Source: Octopus vulgaris (Eukaryota). Taken from it: a stretch of DNA of 64,000 bases. Of the stretch, positions 12,654 to 24,411 are shown piece after piece. Position 1 is the first letter of the stretch; every line of letters begins with the position of its first letter. A model generated the notes under the pieces. It searched no databases. It worked only from the letters and a program-made list of their open reading frames with translations, and was not told the origin of the DNA. The position numbers and the translations under genes are program-made. The stretch covers positions 63,178,001-63,242,000 of the forward strand of contig OX597815.1 of NCBI GenBank assembly GCA_951406725.2, given 5' to 3'.

Positions 12654-15600
12654 GCGGTTTAGGTAATTTTGAATGCCAAAGTTTGGGACAAGACCCTCCA
12701 GGATTTTCCAGATATATATCACCGCATATCTCTCCCGCCTTCGCTCTAGGGAGAAGAGTTTTAATACTTTCAGTCTTTCCCAGTAGCTGATATGTTGCCT
12801 TGAGACGATCTTCATTGTGTAGCTTCTTTGAATTGCTTCGAGTTCAGCTGTTAGTTTTATATTGTGTGGTGACCATATTTGGGAGCAGTAGTCCAAGCGG
12901 CTGAGGACGAAAGTTTTCTACAGGACAATCAGTGTCTCCTCTCTTGTTCTGAAAGTTCGGAGAATCCATCCAGCTAGCCGTCTGCATTTTATCACCAAAT
13001 TAGTAATATGCACTTGGAAAGATGCATCATTGCTTATGTCAATGCCCAGGTCACGCACTGATTTTGACTCCGGGATTGCAATTCTTCCCGGGCCAGTGTA
13101 TCCAGTCTGCATGTCGTTTACCTTTGTGTGCTGGTAGCGCAGGGCCTGGAACTTACCTGCATTAAACTGCATGTTGTTGTCCTCAGCCCACCTGTATATT
13201 GTATCCAACTCCTGTTGCAGATGTGCAATATTTCCAGGGATTTGTATTGTGTGGGAGACTTTTGTGTCATCTGCATAGCTAGCAAGGGTGGTCATCTTAG
13301 TAACTGAGGACATGTCTGAAAGGGCCACTATGAACAGCAGTGGCCCCAAGACAGTGCCCTGTGGAACACCGCTTGTTATTTGTGTTTCATTGGAGGTGGC
13401 TCCATTGGTCACAACTGCCTGCCTTCTATCTTTTAGGAAGTTGTGCAGCCACTCTCCAAGTTTTCCGCCTATGCCGAGACCACAGAGTTTGTGACAAATC
13501 ATACAGTGGTCGACTTTATCAAAGGCTTTTGCAAAGTCGAGATATATCACATCCTCATTTGAGCCATTTAGTAGCTGTTTTAACACCCAGTCATAGTGTT
13601 GCAAGATCTGTGATAGGCAGCTTCTACCTGGTCGAAATCTATGCTAGGTGCCAGTCAGCAAGTCATTTTCTTCAAGGAACATGATTAGTTTCTTGAGGAC
13701 TATTCGTTTCATGACTTTGCTGATGTGTGAGGTCAAAGAGATAGGCCTATAATTTTTAGCGTCTGCTCTGCTTCCTCCCTTATGGATAGGACATATTACC
13801 CCCTCTTTCAATTTGACTGAGAGCTTACCACTTGCAAGAAAGCTCTGAAAAAGAAGCTGTAGCGGTTTTGCAAGAGCTCGTTTGTACGATTTGAGAAGGA
13901 TCGCTGGAAATCCATCAGGTCCAGCAGCTGAGTTTGTGTCAATTTCATCTATGGCCAGTGTGATATCATCATCTTCAATGTTGATGTACTCAATTTTTGC
14001 CTTTTTGGCCGCAGGTAAAGTGGCAAAGAATTGTTCTGGGTTGTTTACTTGCCTGTGTCTTAGAGGTGTAGTGAACACACTTTGGAACTGTTCGTTCTGT
14101 ATTTCACTTATCCTCGTGGGATTTCCTGTGAGAGAGCCATCTTTTGGAAGAGAGGTCCTATTATCTGGTGCACTGTGGCTGTCTCTTTGGCAAACTTAAA
14201 GAAAGCTTTAGGCTTTGACCTTATATTTTCTATTACCAAAGCTTCTTAAATCTGCTCTCTCCTTTTCATGAGACTGATGCAGACTTTTCTCAGTTTCCAT
14301 TAGCATTCTCTCGAGCCGAGACTTCTCACCACTTTTGGTGTGCTTGCTCAGGCGGTTCGCAATCCTTGTCCGTCGTCATATAAGAATCTTCCTTTCTCTA
14401 GGGATCCTGTTTTTGTTTTTGTGTCTGCTGGCCCTGCACACTAGGACATATTTGTCACATATGGCTTGTATTATGGATATGAAGCGTTTGTGTTTCATGT
14501 TAATGTCCGGTGTGGAGAGACATTTAGGCCAATCCTGTTTGAGGATCTCTTTCTCGATCAACTTCCAATTTGCTTTATGAAAGTTAAAGTTGGAGAGATT
14601 GTGGATGCTTCGTAAAGTCTGTGTGTCTGCGGGGGCTTTTGGTCCATACATAGACAGCTCTATTATGTTGTGATCCGAGATCATTGTCGGCATCACTTTA
14701 ACATTATGGATAATATCCATATTGTTTGTGAAGCAGAGATCCAGTATATTATCTGCCCTTGTTCGTTGCAGCACTATTTGCTCCATGAAAGAGGCATTTG
14801 TGAGATGGAGCAGGGATTCCGCCTGTGCCTTCTGATGGTATGTCATCCCTAGGAGCATCTGCCTCCCAGGCCATTCCACATTGGGGAAGTTATAGTCACC
14901 CTGTGTTGTTCCAGGTTGGTGAGAACTTCTATTTTTGTTAGGCAGTCTTCAAACATGCCTGTGTGATTTGGAGCATCCGGTGGGCGATATGTAGTACATA
15001 TGACGATATTCAGTTGTCTTATGTGTACAAATGGAATGTCACACACTGAGTTTGAATATGACAACAGGACCTGAGGCATGAGGTCATCTCGGATGTACAT
15101 TGCAACTCCACCATGGCTCCTCTCTTTTCTATCTGAGCGTAGGACAGCATATTGCGGTATGTGTATTTCTGCATCCCCTATATCGGGTCCAAGATGCGTT
15201 TCTATGAATGCCATGCATATAGCTTGATTGCATGCCGCAAGGTCTCTCAGGAATGAGAATTTGCTTTTACAGTTGCCGCGCAGCAGCTCTCCTACGTGCA
15301 GTAGAAATATTTTTGTGGTGTGTGTATTGGTGTCTGTGGTGGCCATCCTGCATCTGTTGGTAGTGGCCTTATGTGGTGGTAGTTCCAGCTTTGTGTCTGC
15401 AGCTAGGTCAGCTACTGGACAATTTTTTGTGCCATGCACAAAAAAGATTGCTGTTCAGCTTCCCATCTCACATCTGGGTGAAGCTGGCCATTTGTTGGGC
15501 TATGCAGTATCTTTTTTGGACCGCGCACAAATCCGCATATCTTCTTTCAGAAGTAGTCAGTGCGCCATTTTTCCTTCTTTTATATTTTTCTTCTTTTTGT

Positions 15601-16410
15601 GTCTATGCGGTTTTGGCAGGGCTCCTGATGTGCAAAACGACAGTTTGCACCATCGACGCCATGCTAGCAGTCTCCCTTCAGGTAGAATTTGCAGATGTTT
15701 CTGCTTTTGCCCTTGTAGATCTTACTGGGTTTCTTCTGTTTTTTTCTGAACAGTGTTTGTTTTAGTTTTCTTGTCGTTTACCTCTTGTTTTCCGTCTATT
15801 TTTGGGTGCTTTCCTTTTTTTGCGGCCATCGCACCTCTTTGGTCTTCAGTTGTGTTGGGAGCTGGACATGTGCCGTTGTTTCTCAGTTGTGTCTTTTGTT
15901 GGGTCCTGGATGCCTTCTCCATCCTTTTAGTCTTCCCTCGTGTAGTCACATCCTGGGATGATGTCCAAAGTGTCCATGTGTTGCCTGATTACAGCGTAGG
16001 AACTGAGGAACTCCAATTTCTTTCGCTCTATCTGGGTCCTCGAGAAATCATTGCTCTTAAGCGCCGCTGCAATGATATTGTATAGCGGGTCGCCCTCGGC
16101 AATTTTCCAGGCGCGGACGAACAATTGCAACTCCCTCGCAGACCAGTTTCTTGGCATCTTCACCCGAGATACACTGAGAGTGAAATAGTCGAACAGAGAG
16201 AGGGAGAGAGAGGGCGGGACAGAGAGGGAGGTGAGATGCCAGAGAGTTGAATTTGAGAGAAAGCGGGGGGGGGGGGACGCAGAAAGAGAAAGCGAGTGGA
16301 AGTTCAGTAGATGGTGGCAGGGAGAGAGAGAGAGAGAGAGAGTGCGGAATAGAGGGTCTGAGGGAGGGAGAGACAGATAAGGAGGGGAGAATGGCAAGAC
16401 AGGGATAGAA
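12654..16410 (-). mobile_element. CR1-group LINE, 5'-intact and 3'-truncated (ORF1 Myb/SANT-like plus CCCH; ORF2 APE-RT)
   Basis: ORF1 ATG at 16157 (MPRNWSARELQLFVRAW...). APE: IETHL, RSHGGVAMY, YRPP, NILDLCFTN, SDHNII. RT: NYRPISLTS, YLDFAKAFDKVDH, SGVPQGTVLGPLLF, YADDTK, LFSLERRRERY. Several stops and frameshifts. Confidence 0.9.
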
Positions 16411-17155
<745 letters not shown>

Positions 17156-18338
17156 TGTTTTTTCGGTTTTTTTTTTGTATCAACACAGAGCTGCGGCCGT
17201 GCTGATGCACCACCGTTTTGTGCTACACTGTTATTACGAAGAGTTTCCTCTAATATGTGGCACTTGGTGAAGAATGGAGGTTGATATAGCTACTCTCATT
17301 TGCACCTCTTGCCGTGACGTAGGTTCAAATGGGACTCTCGACAGGAAGATGTCCAGCTTTGATTTAAAAACCGCTACATCTACTTTGTGCAAGTTCCTCA
17401 GACTCTTTGGGATAATATTAAAAAGCTGTGGGCCCTTGAAACACAGGTTGTTACAGTAGCTGGTCTTGAAGCGTGATGGCATTGCTGGGATCTTTGGCAC
17501 TATGCAGTGTCGTCCCGTTCTAGCATTGGTGTAGCTTTCAATGCCAGAATTTTGCACAATTCCTTCCAGGATTTCCAGAAATATATTACTGCATACATCT
17601 CCCGTCTTCTCTCCAGGGATTAGAGTCTTGGCTGTTTCAACCTTTCCTAGTAGCTGAGCTGTTGCAAAGAGACGATCTTCTTTTTGAATCTTCTCTGGAT
17701 TGCTTCAAGGTCCGCTGTTAATCTAACACTGGTGGGTGACCATAGCTGTGAGCAGTAATCCAGGCGGCTGAGGACGAATGTCCGCCAGAGGATCATGATG
17801 GTTTTTTTATCTCTGGTTCTGAATGTTCTTAGGATCCATCCAGCCGGTCGTCTGCACTTTGTCGCCATCCTGGTAATGTGCACTTGGAAAGAGGTATCAT
17901 CACTCATGTCGATACCCAGGTCCCTCACAGACTTAGGCTATGGAATTGAAATTCCCTGTTGACCGGTGTATCCTGTAAGTTTAATATTCAGCTTTGGCTG
18001 CTGGTAGCGCAGGGCCTGGAATTTTTCAGCATTAAACTGCATATTAATACCCTCAGCTCATCGGTAGATTGAGTACAACTCCTGCTGTAGGTGTGCAACA
18101 TCGCTGGGGTTCTGTGTTTTCTGCGAGACTTTCGTATCGTCTGCATAGCTTGCCAGAGTGGCTATCCGGGCATTTGAGGGCATATCTGAGAGGGCCACTA
18201 AAAGAAGCAGTGGTATCAGGACAGTGCCCTGTGGAACACCGCTCACTATTTGTGTGTCCATTAACCACTACTGCCTGACTCCAATCTTTCAGGAAGTCAT
18301 GTAACCACACTCAGAGTTTTCCAGCTATGCCGAGGTCA

Positions 18339-18342
<4 letters not shown>
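17156..18342 (-). mobile_element. CR1-group LINE, 5'-truncated 3' fragment
   Basis: SGVPQGTVL, YADDTK, RDLGI, LSRLDYCSQLWSP and KGPQLFNIIP motifs, stop at 17234, short 3' UTR and A-rich tail; flanked by (TA)n on both sides. Confidence 0.9.
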
Positions 18343-18380
<38 letters not shown>

Positions 18381-18383
<3 letters not shown>

Positions 18384-20786
18384 GGCATTCGTCGTGACAA
18401 GACGTACTTTCAATAGCTCCGGTGAAAGTCAGTAGTCAAAGAAGCATATTTCAACTCAAGCCAGCAGAAACTCTCCTTGTTTTTAGTTCCAGTACTTTTG
18501 AATTCTTCAATTCTACTATCCTACTCTTTTACTACCATCGGAGGATAAATTTATACAAATCTATATACAACCTGGAGAAAGAAATATAAACCAAAACTAA
18601 ACCCAAGACTAGTTCTAAAACTAGTCCCGTGAGTACAATTCTTTTTCCCTGATCTGTATTAAACTCACCGCTCATCCTGATTTGTACTAAATACACTGAA
18701 CTCTCCCACACACACTCAGATATAGCCACGCATTTCCGTATATATCGACACGAACCTTTCAACGGTGTTTTCACTATTATACATCAAGCCATAAATAACT
18801 AAAATATAGTGTATAATACTGCCCCACTGAATATGGCCAATAATATTAAAAAACGCCACTGGGTTGAAAATGAAATCACTGCAATGATAAACGCTTGGTA
18901 CACTCACCACAATGAAGCTAATGTTTACAGCAAAATAGCTGAAAAATTAGCAAAACAATCCTTTCACAGATTTGTAAAACAGATCGAAAATAAAATAAAA
19001 GATATTGTAAGAATATTTCCTATTTTCCACACGCACATGGCAACACTAGAAGCCATCCTTGTCAATGAATTTAGAGCACCAAATGACCCAACTCCAACAG
19101 GTCAGGGGTCACTTCAACGACCCGATAGCCAGTAACAAACATCTGACCTCATTCCACCCATTCCACAGGACTCATCACAACAGCAGCAGCCTGCCTCTGC
19201 TACTACATCACCAGTACCTGACACGATTCCACCTAGCCCTGCTGTTGCAAGTCAAGTTTCACTGCTGCTACAGCAATAACAACACTCTGCTACTGTTACT
19301 ACAGCCAGAATAGAAAAATCACCAATACACCCATATCAAACACCCTGCCGTTACTATTCTCAAGGCAACTGTAGATTTGGCCCCAGCGGCACCAACAACA
19401 AGGGACGCTGTGCTTTTTTCCATCCTACCTTATGTCGTAGACTTGTTAAGGGCACCTGTCCATATGGTATAACGGGAAAAAACTGCCCTCACCTCCACCC
19501 CAAATACTGTCCTAAATACAGAGTCCATAGTCCTGATCCCAAATATGGATGCACAAAAGGCAATGGATGCACCTTCTTCCATCCTAAACTGTGCCAAACT
19601 TCTGTGTCACTAAGGATGTACCTGAACCCAGAATGCAACCACCACTATCTGAAGGGCACAAAACGATCGCAAAATAAATATAAACAGCAGCAGATAAGAT
19701 CTTCGACAACAATAAAAACAAAATACAACCACGTTTCCCCTACTACAATCAAACAACGAAGACAGAACCATGAAAAAACCATAACACCAAATAACATAAA
19801 CATGAAATATGTATCCTCTGACCAAGTGGCAAACCAAAGAGGTAACTCTTTTTTACTGACCTACCTAGAAAATATGAAGGCCGACCTAAGCCAGGAGATC
19901 CAACGAGCTATCAGCAACCAGCCATGCAAATCACAAGGACCACACACCCACTACCAACAAGAAAATCACACATACACAGCTCCATACAAGAACTACCCAC
20001 ATTGTTACCACTGAACAACATAAAACACAACTTAGAACAATGCAAACATCAAACTTCCCTTACCTCGACATTCCTGTTAAATGTACGTGGCATCAACCCA
20101 TCAATTATTGCCCAAAAATGGAAGATCCCACATATAGAGAGTTGGCTTGCCGAAACAGCACGTTGCTTCCCTTTCTTTATCCTTACCGAGACTCACCTGA
20201 ACAACACCCATATGGACGCCGAGGTGAAAATAAAAGATTTCACCATTGTTCGTGCGGATCGCACAGACCGAAATAAGGGAGGGACAGCCATCTTTATCCA
20301 TGATTCCTTTTCACTTGATGCCAAGGACATATTTTCCAATGGCTATTGTGAATCTGTATCACTATTCAGCAAGGCCAAGGACATAATCATTGTTGGTCTT
20401 TACAGGCCTCCCCAAGCACCTCTAAAGTGCTTTGAAGAGTGCCTTAGCAAAGTCAAGTCCTTCCTTCGGAAGTACAACTCCGGAAACATACTAGTGATGG
20501 GTGATTTTAACCTCCCTCATGTGAACTGGCCCTCAAATACTCTGAAGTTAGGCAAATGCTCTACATCAGATAGAGCAGCAGCAGAACTGCTCTTTAATCT
20601 AATGGATGAATACTTCCTAACTCAGCTAGTGCTCGAACCAACGAGACAGAATAAAACGATCTTGGATCTGGTATTGACCAATCACTCTAGCTTCGTTCAC
20701 AGTATTTCAGTTGAAAAAACTCTCCTCTCAGACCACGACATGGTACTCTGCAACTTTAATTCCCGACATATAAAAACCAAAAAATT
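18381..20786 (+). mobile_element. CR1-group LINE 5' half (5' UTR, ORF1, APE domain); RT missing
   Basis: ORF1 from ATG 18833 (KRHWVENEITAMINAW...YSKIAEKL..QIENKIK) with CCCH repeats at 19345-19650; APE domain follows. Confidence 0.9.
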
Positions 20787-20856
20787 CGTAAAGATACTCC
20801 CAACGAATTCGATGTGCGTATGGGTAGTTCAGATAGCGCGCAGATTGCCGATTTGA
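19924..20856 (+). CDS. LINE ORF2 apurinic-like endonuclease (APE) domain, truncated
   Basis: LLNVRG, LTETHL, RADR..KGGTAIF, YRPP, MGDFN, LDLVLTN and SDHDMV motifs, uninterrupted; the frame is open from 19846. Confidence 0.85.
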   Translation: MQITRTTHPLPTRKSHIHSSIQELPTLLPLNNIKHNLEQCKHQTSLTSTFLLNVRGINPSIIAQKWKIPHIESWLAETARCFPFFILTETHLNNTHMDAEVKIKDFTIVRADRTDRNKGGTAIFIHDSFSLDAKDIFSNGYCESVSLFSKAKDIIIVGLYRPPQAPLKCFEECLSKVKSFLRKYNSGNILVMGDFNLPHVNWPSNTLKLGKCSTSDRAAAELLFNLMDEYFLTQLVLEPTRQNKTILDLVLTNHSSFVHSISVEKTLLSDHDMVLCNFNSRHIKTKKFVKILPTNSMCVWVVQIARRLPI

Positions 20857-22568
20857 TCGGAATCTATATTCTCTACGAATTATCCGACCAGTTCCCGGAT
20901 ATCGGGGGCGGCCTATATCGTGACGATTGTCTGTTTTACCTACAAAACACCCCGAACAGAATCGTACAGAAAACTAAAAACAGATTAGCTAGGTTCTTTA
21001 ATAGGATGGGCATGAGTATAGTTTTTGATAACGAACTTACTAAGGCTAATTTCTTAGATGTCACACTAAACCTCCATAGCGATTCTTACTGCCCTTACCA
21101 TAAGCCTTCCACTAACTTAAAGTATGTCAGTGTCTTCTCGAATCACGCTAAAACTATAATAGACAATTTGGTTAAACATATTTCTCAAAGATTAACTAAT
21201 TTGTCTGCCAATGTCGACATTTTTAGGCAGAAAGCGGAATTTTATAATGCCGCCCTGTCTAAAGCCGGTTATAGGGAGAAGGTAGTATATATAGATCCGG
21301 CCCTTCCGATGCCAGCATTCTGTCATCAGGATAGGGCCGGCTACAATAACATAAATAATTTAAGTAGTGATGGTAGCCTGAGGAATGTCGAAACAAGTAC
21401 ATCTAGAATAAATTTAGGTAACATAAATAATTTGCGGTCCAGGGGAGGCCATAGTAAGCCAAAACCTATTATTCAACCTAGAAATACCCACCTTAATGTC
21501 AGAGTTGACTCCCCGACCCAGTACAAAAACAGGAATAAATATATTTGGTTTGTAATTCCCTTTGGTAAACAAATAAGATCTAATCTACCTCTGCAGTTTC
21601 GCCAAGCCATTGCCAGTAATTTTCCCAGAAATTCCAGATATTACGCCACTGTTAACTCACACAAAGTTAGGATAGCCTTCTCCAACACTAAGAATCTCTC
21701 ACAGATAATTTCCTCCCATAACAATAAGCTGCTAAATAAGACCCTCTCACCCTCGGTCGGAGACGCAGCTCCGTCTAATGCCAGAATAACGCGCAGTAAT
21801 AATAATAATAATAATGATAATAGAACCGACACGGAGATTAGCAATCTCCATACCAGCCATGGAGTTAATAATAGGAATAAGGATAGGAGCAATGGTGACG
21901 ACACTAGCGTTAGTAATGGTAATAGGGATGAGAGCACTGTCCGAGTCATTAATGTAGAGAGTCCCAATAACACTTTTAGCAACGGTTTTGGCAACAGTAG
22001 CATCACGGACATTAGCAATCACAGCGATCTCAGTGGCAGGGAATATACAGGTGATATTCCATTAAATAGTATTGATAATGGGGTGTATAATGTCGAAGAC
22101 ACCCGCAGTTCTCACAATCATCATAGTAATAAGAACGCCGTATTAATATCTGAAGCCAATCCCAATAGAATAAGGTTCTTATCTAGTAATTCCAAGATTA
22201 GAAATGCCATTTACCAATGCAGAGTTTATACTGAATCAGATGTCTACTTGTATATCGGAGCGTCATCATCAAAATTGGCCGTGAGAATATCGAACCACTT
22301 CACAACATTTCGCGATTTTAGAAAACAACACGCGACCGGACTAAGTAAATTGATCTGGCGTTTGAAGAACGCGAATTCAGCATTTAGACTGGAATGGTCG
22401 ATTTTATCGGTGTCTGTACCGTTTGATAGAGGCAAAAAAATCTGTAATCTCTGCAACTCTGAACTTTTTCACATTTTATTCGCCCGAGGGCAGCTAGTTA
22501 ACGCGATTTTGCAAAACTCTTTCAGATGTCCCCATTGGAGGCGGCACACATTTCTTGCATACAATTGA
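20814..22568 (+). CDS. PLE reverse transcriptase (C-terminal half) plus GIY-YIG endonuclease
   Basis: FDVRMGSSDSAQIADLIG, GLYRDD, NFLDVTL, YVSVFSNH, AIYQC..LYIG, R..NH..F, LSKLIWRLK, CNLC and CPH motifs; 584 codons without a stop, but the N-terminal RT motifs are absent. Confidence 0.85.
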   Translation: MRMGSSDSAQIADLIGIYILYELSDQFPDIGGGLYRDDCLFYLQNTPNRIVQKTKNRLARFFNRMGMSIVFDNELTKANFLDVTLNLHSDSYCPYHKPSTNLKYVSVFSNHAKTIIDNLVKHISQRLTNLSANVDIFRQKAEFYNAALSKAGYREKVVYIDPALPMPAFCHQDRAGYNNINNLSSDGSLRNVETSTSRINLGNINNLRSRGGHSKPKPIIQPRNTHLNVRVDSPTQYKNRNKYIWFVIPFGKQIRSNLPLQFRQAIASNFPRNSRYYATVNSHKVRIAFSNTKNLSQIISSHNNKLLNKTLSPSVGDAAPSNARITRSNNNNNNDNRTDTEISNLHTSHGVNNRNKDRSNGDDTSVSNGNRDESTVRVINVESPNNTFSNGFGNSSITDISNHSDLSGREYTGDIPLNSIDNGVYNVEDTRSSHNHHSNKNAVLISEANPNRIRFLSSNSKIRNAIYQCRVYTESDVYLYIGASSSKLAVRISNHFTTFRDFRKQHATGLSKLIWRLKNANSAFRLEWSILSVSVPFDRGKKICNLCNSELFHILFARGQLVNAILQNSFRCPHWRRHTFLAYN

Positions 22569-23175
22569 AGCCTAAGATAATTAACACCTTGATGTCCTAA
22601 GAAAAGAAAAAAATTTTGGAAAAAATTTGGAAAAAAATTTTGAATTAAATTTGTAAGGGGAAATTACTCCCCTTTTAGCGTATGATCTGCTACTTATTTA
22701 GAAACAATATCAGGGATTATACTCCCCTTGTTTGACAAGTCATCTGTGTATAAACTGGCCACAGACGAACACACAGACACAGGCTTTTATCAGCCGCTTG
22801 ACCAACAATATCTGCAATATATTTTCCCTCTAGCTGCTTCCTAACATACTGCCACACATACACAGGCGCACACACACATACATGTAAGTAGTTTCTCACA
22901 CCCAAATAAGATAGCTTTCATTCTTAAAACAATTCGAACATTAACATTAGTTATACAGAATATATTCACACTCTTTGGTTTTCTGGAATTCTTCCCCTAC
23001 CAAATTTAACCGCAGTTTGACCTCGATTTATTCCAACGGACTTTTTCGTCGGCCTTCACCCACCCTGACGTCAACGCACATTGAGAGACAGTCTTGTGCC
23101 TTACCATGGGCTCCTAGGGAGCGTTTTGTTCGAATAGCTTGCTGCGCATTTGTTTGGAGATTTATATTCCTGGTT

Positions 23176-23257
23176 TTTCCTGAAGAGAAAGCTGCAAAAT
23201 GGTCTCCTTATTCAATCCGAATTTGGAAATTTGCAGCCTTTGAAACATGTGTAGAAA
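23176..23257 (+). ncRNA. type I hammerhead ribozyme motif in the PLE terminus
   Basis: tttc CTGAAGA gaaagctgcaaa...tttgcagccttt GAAAC atgt GTA gaaa: core intact, short stem I, palindromic stem III. Confidence 0.7.
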
Positions 23258-23311
23258 TTAATAAAAAGGAATTTTGTAGAATCTTCGTTCAGCTATATTT
23301 CTTCCCTTCAC

Positions 23312-23358
<47 letters not shown>

Positions 23359-23433
23359 ATATACTTTTACTCTTTTACTTGTTTCAGTCATTTGACTGCG
23401 GCCATATATATATATATATCGAGCAAATCGATA

Positions 23434-24411
<978 letters not shown>

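Larger units (their letters stand above)
20787..23312 (+). mobile_element. Penelope-like element (Naiad-type), 5'-truncated, with 3' UTR/pLTR
   Basis: RT plus C-terminal GIY-YIG ORF, hammerhead near the 3' end, terminates at (TA)n. Confidence 0.85.

Noticed and set aside
20760-20856. Programmed frameshift from APE into the PLE RT producing an active APE-RT-GIY-YIG enzyme
   Set aside because: Only an imperfect C_AAA_AAA site is present and the RT lacks its N-terminal catalytic motifs; the overlap is better explained as a junction by-product.
22678-22722. SECIS element after the Naiad-type ORF (ATGA...AA...GA)
   Set aside because: The apical helix pairs poorly and the visible ORF has no in-frame TGA.
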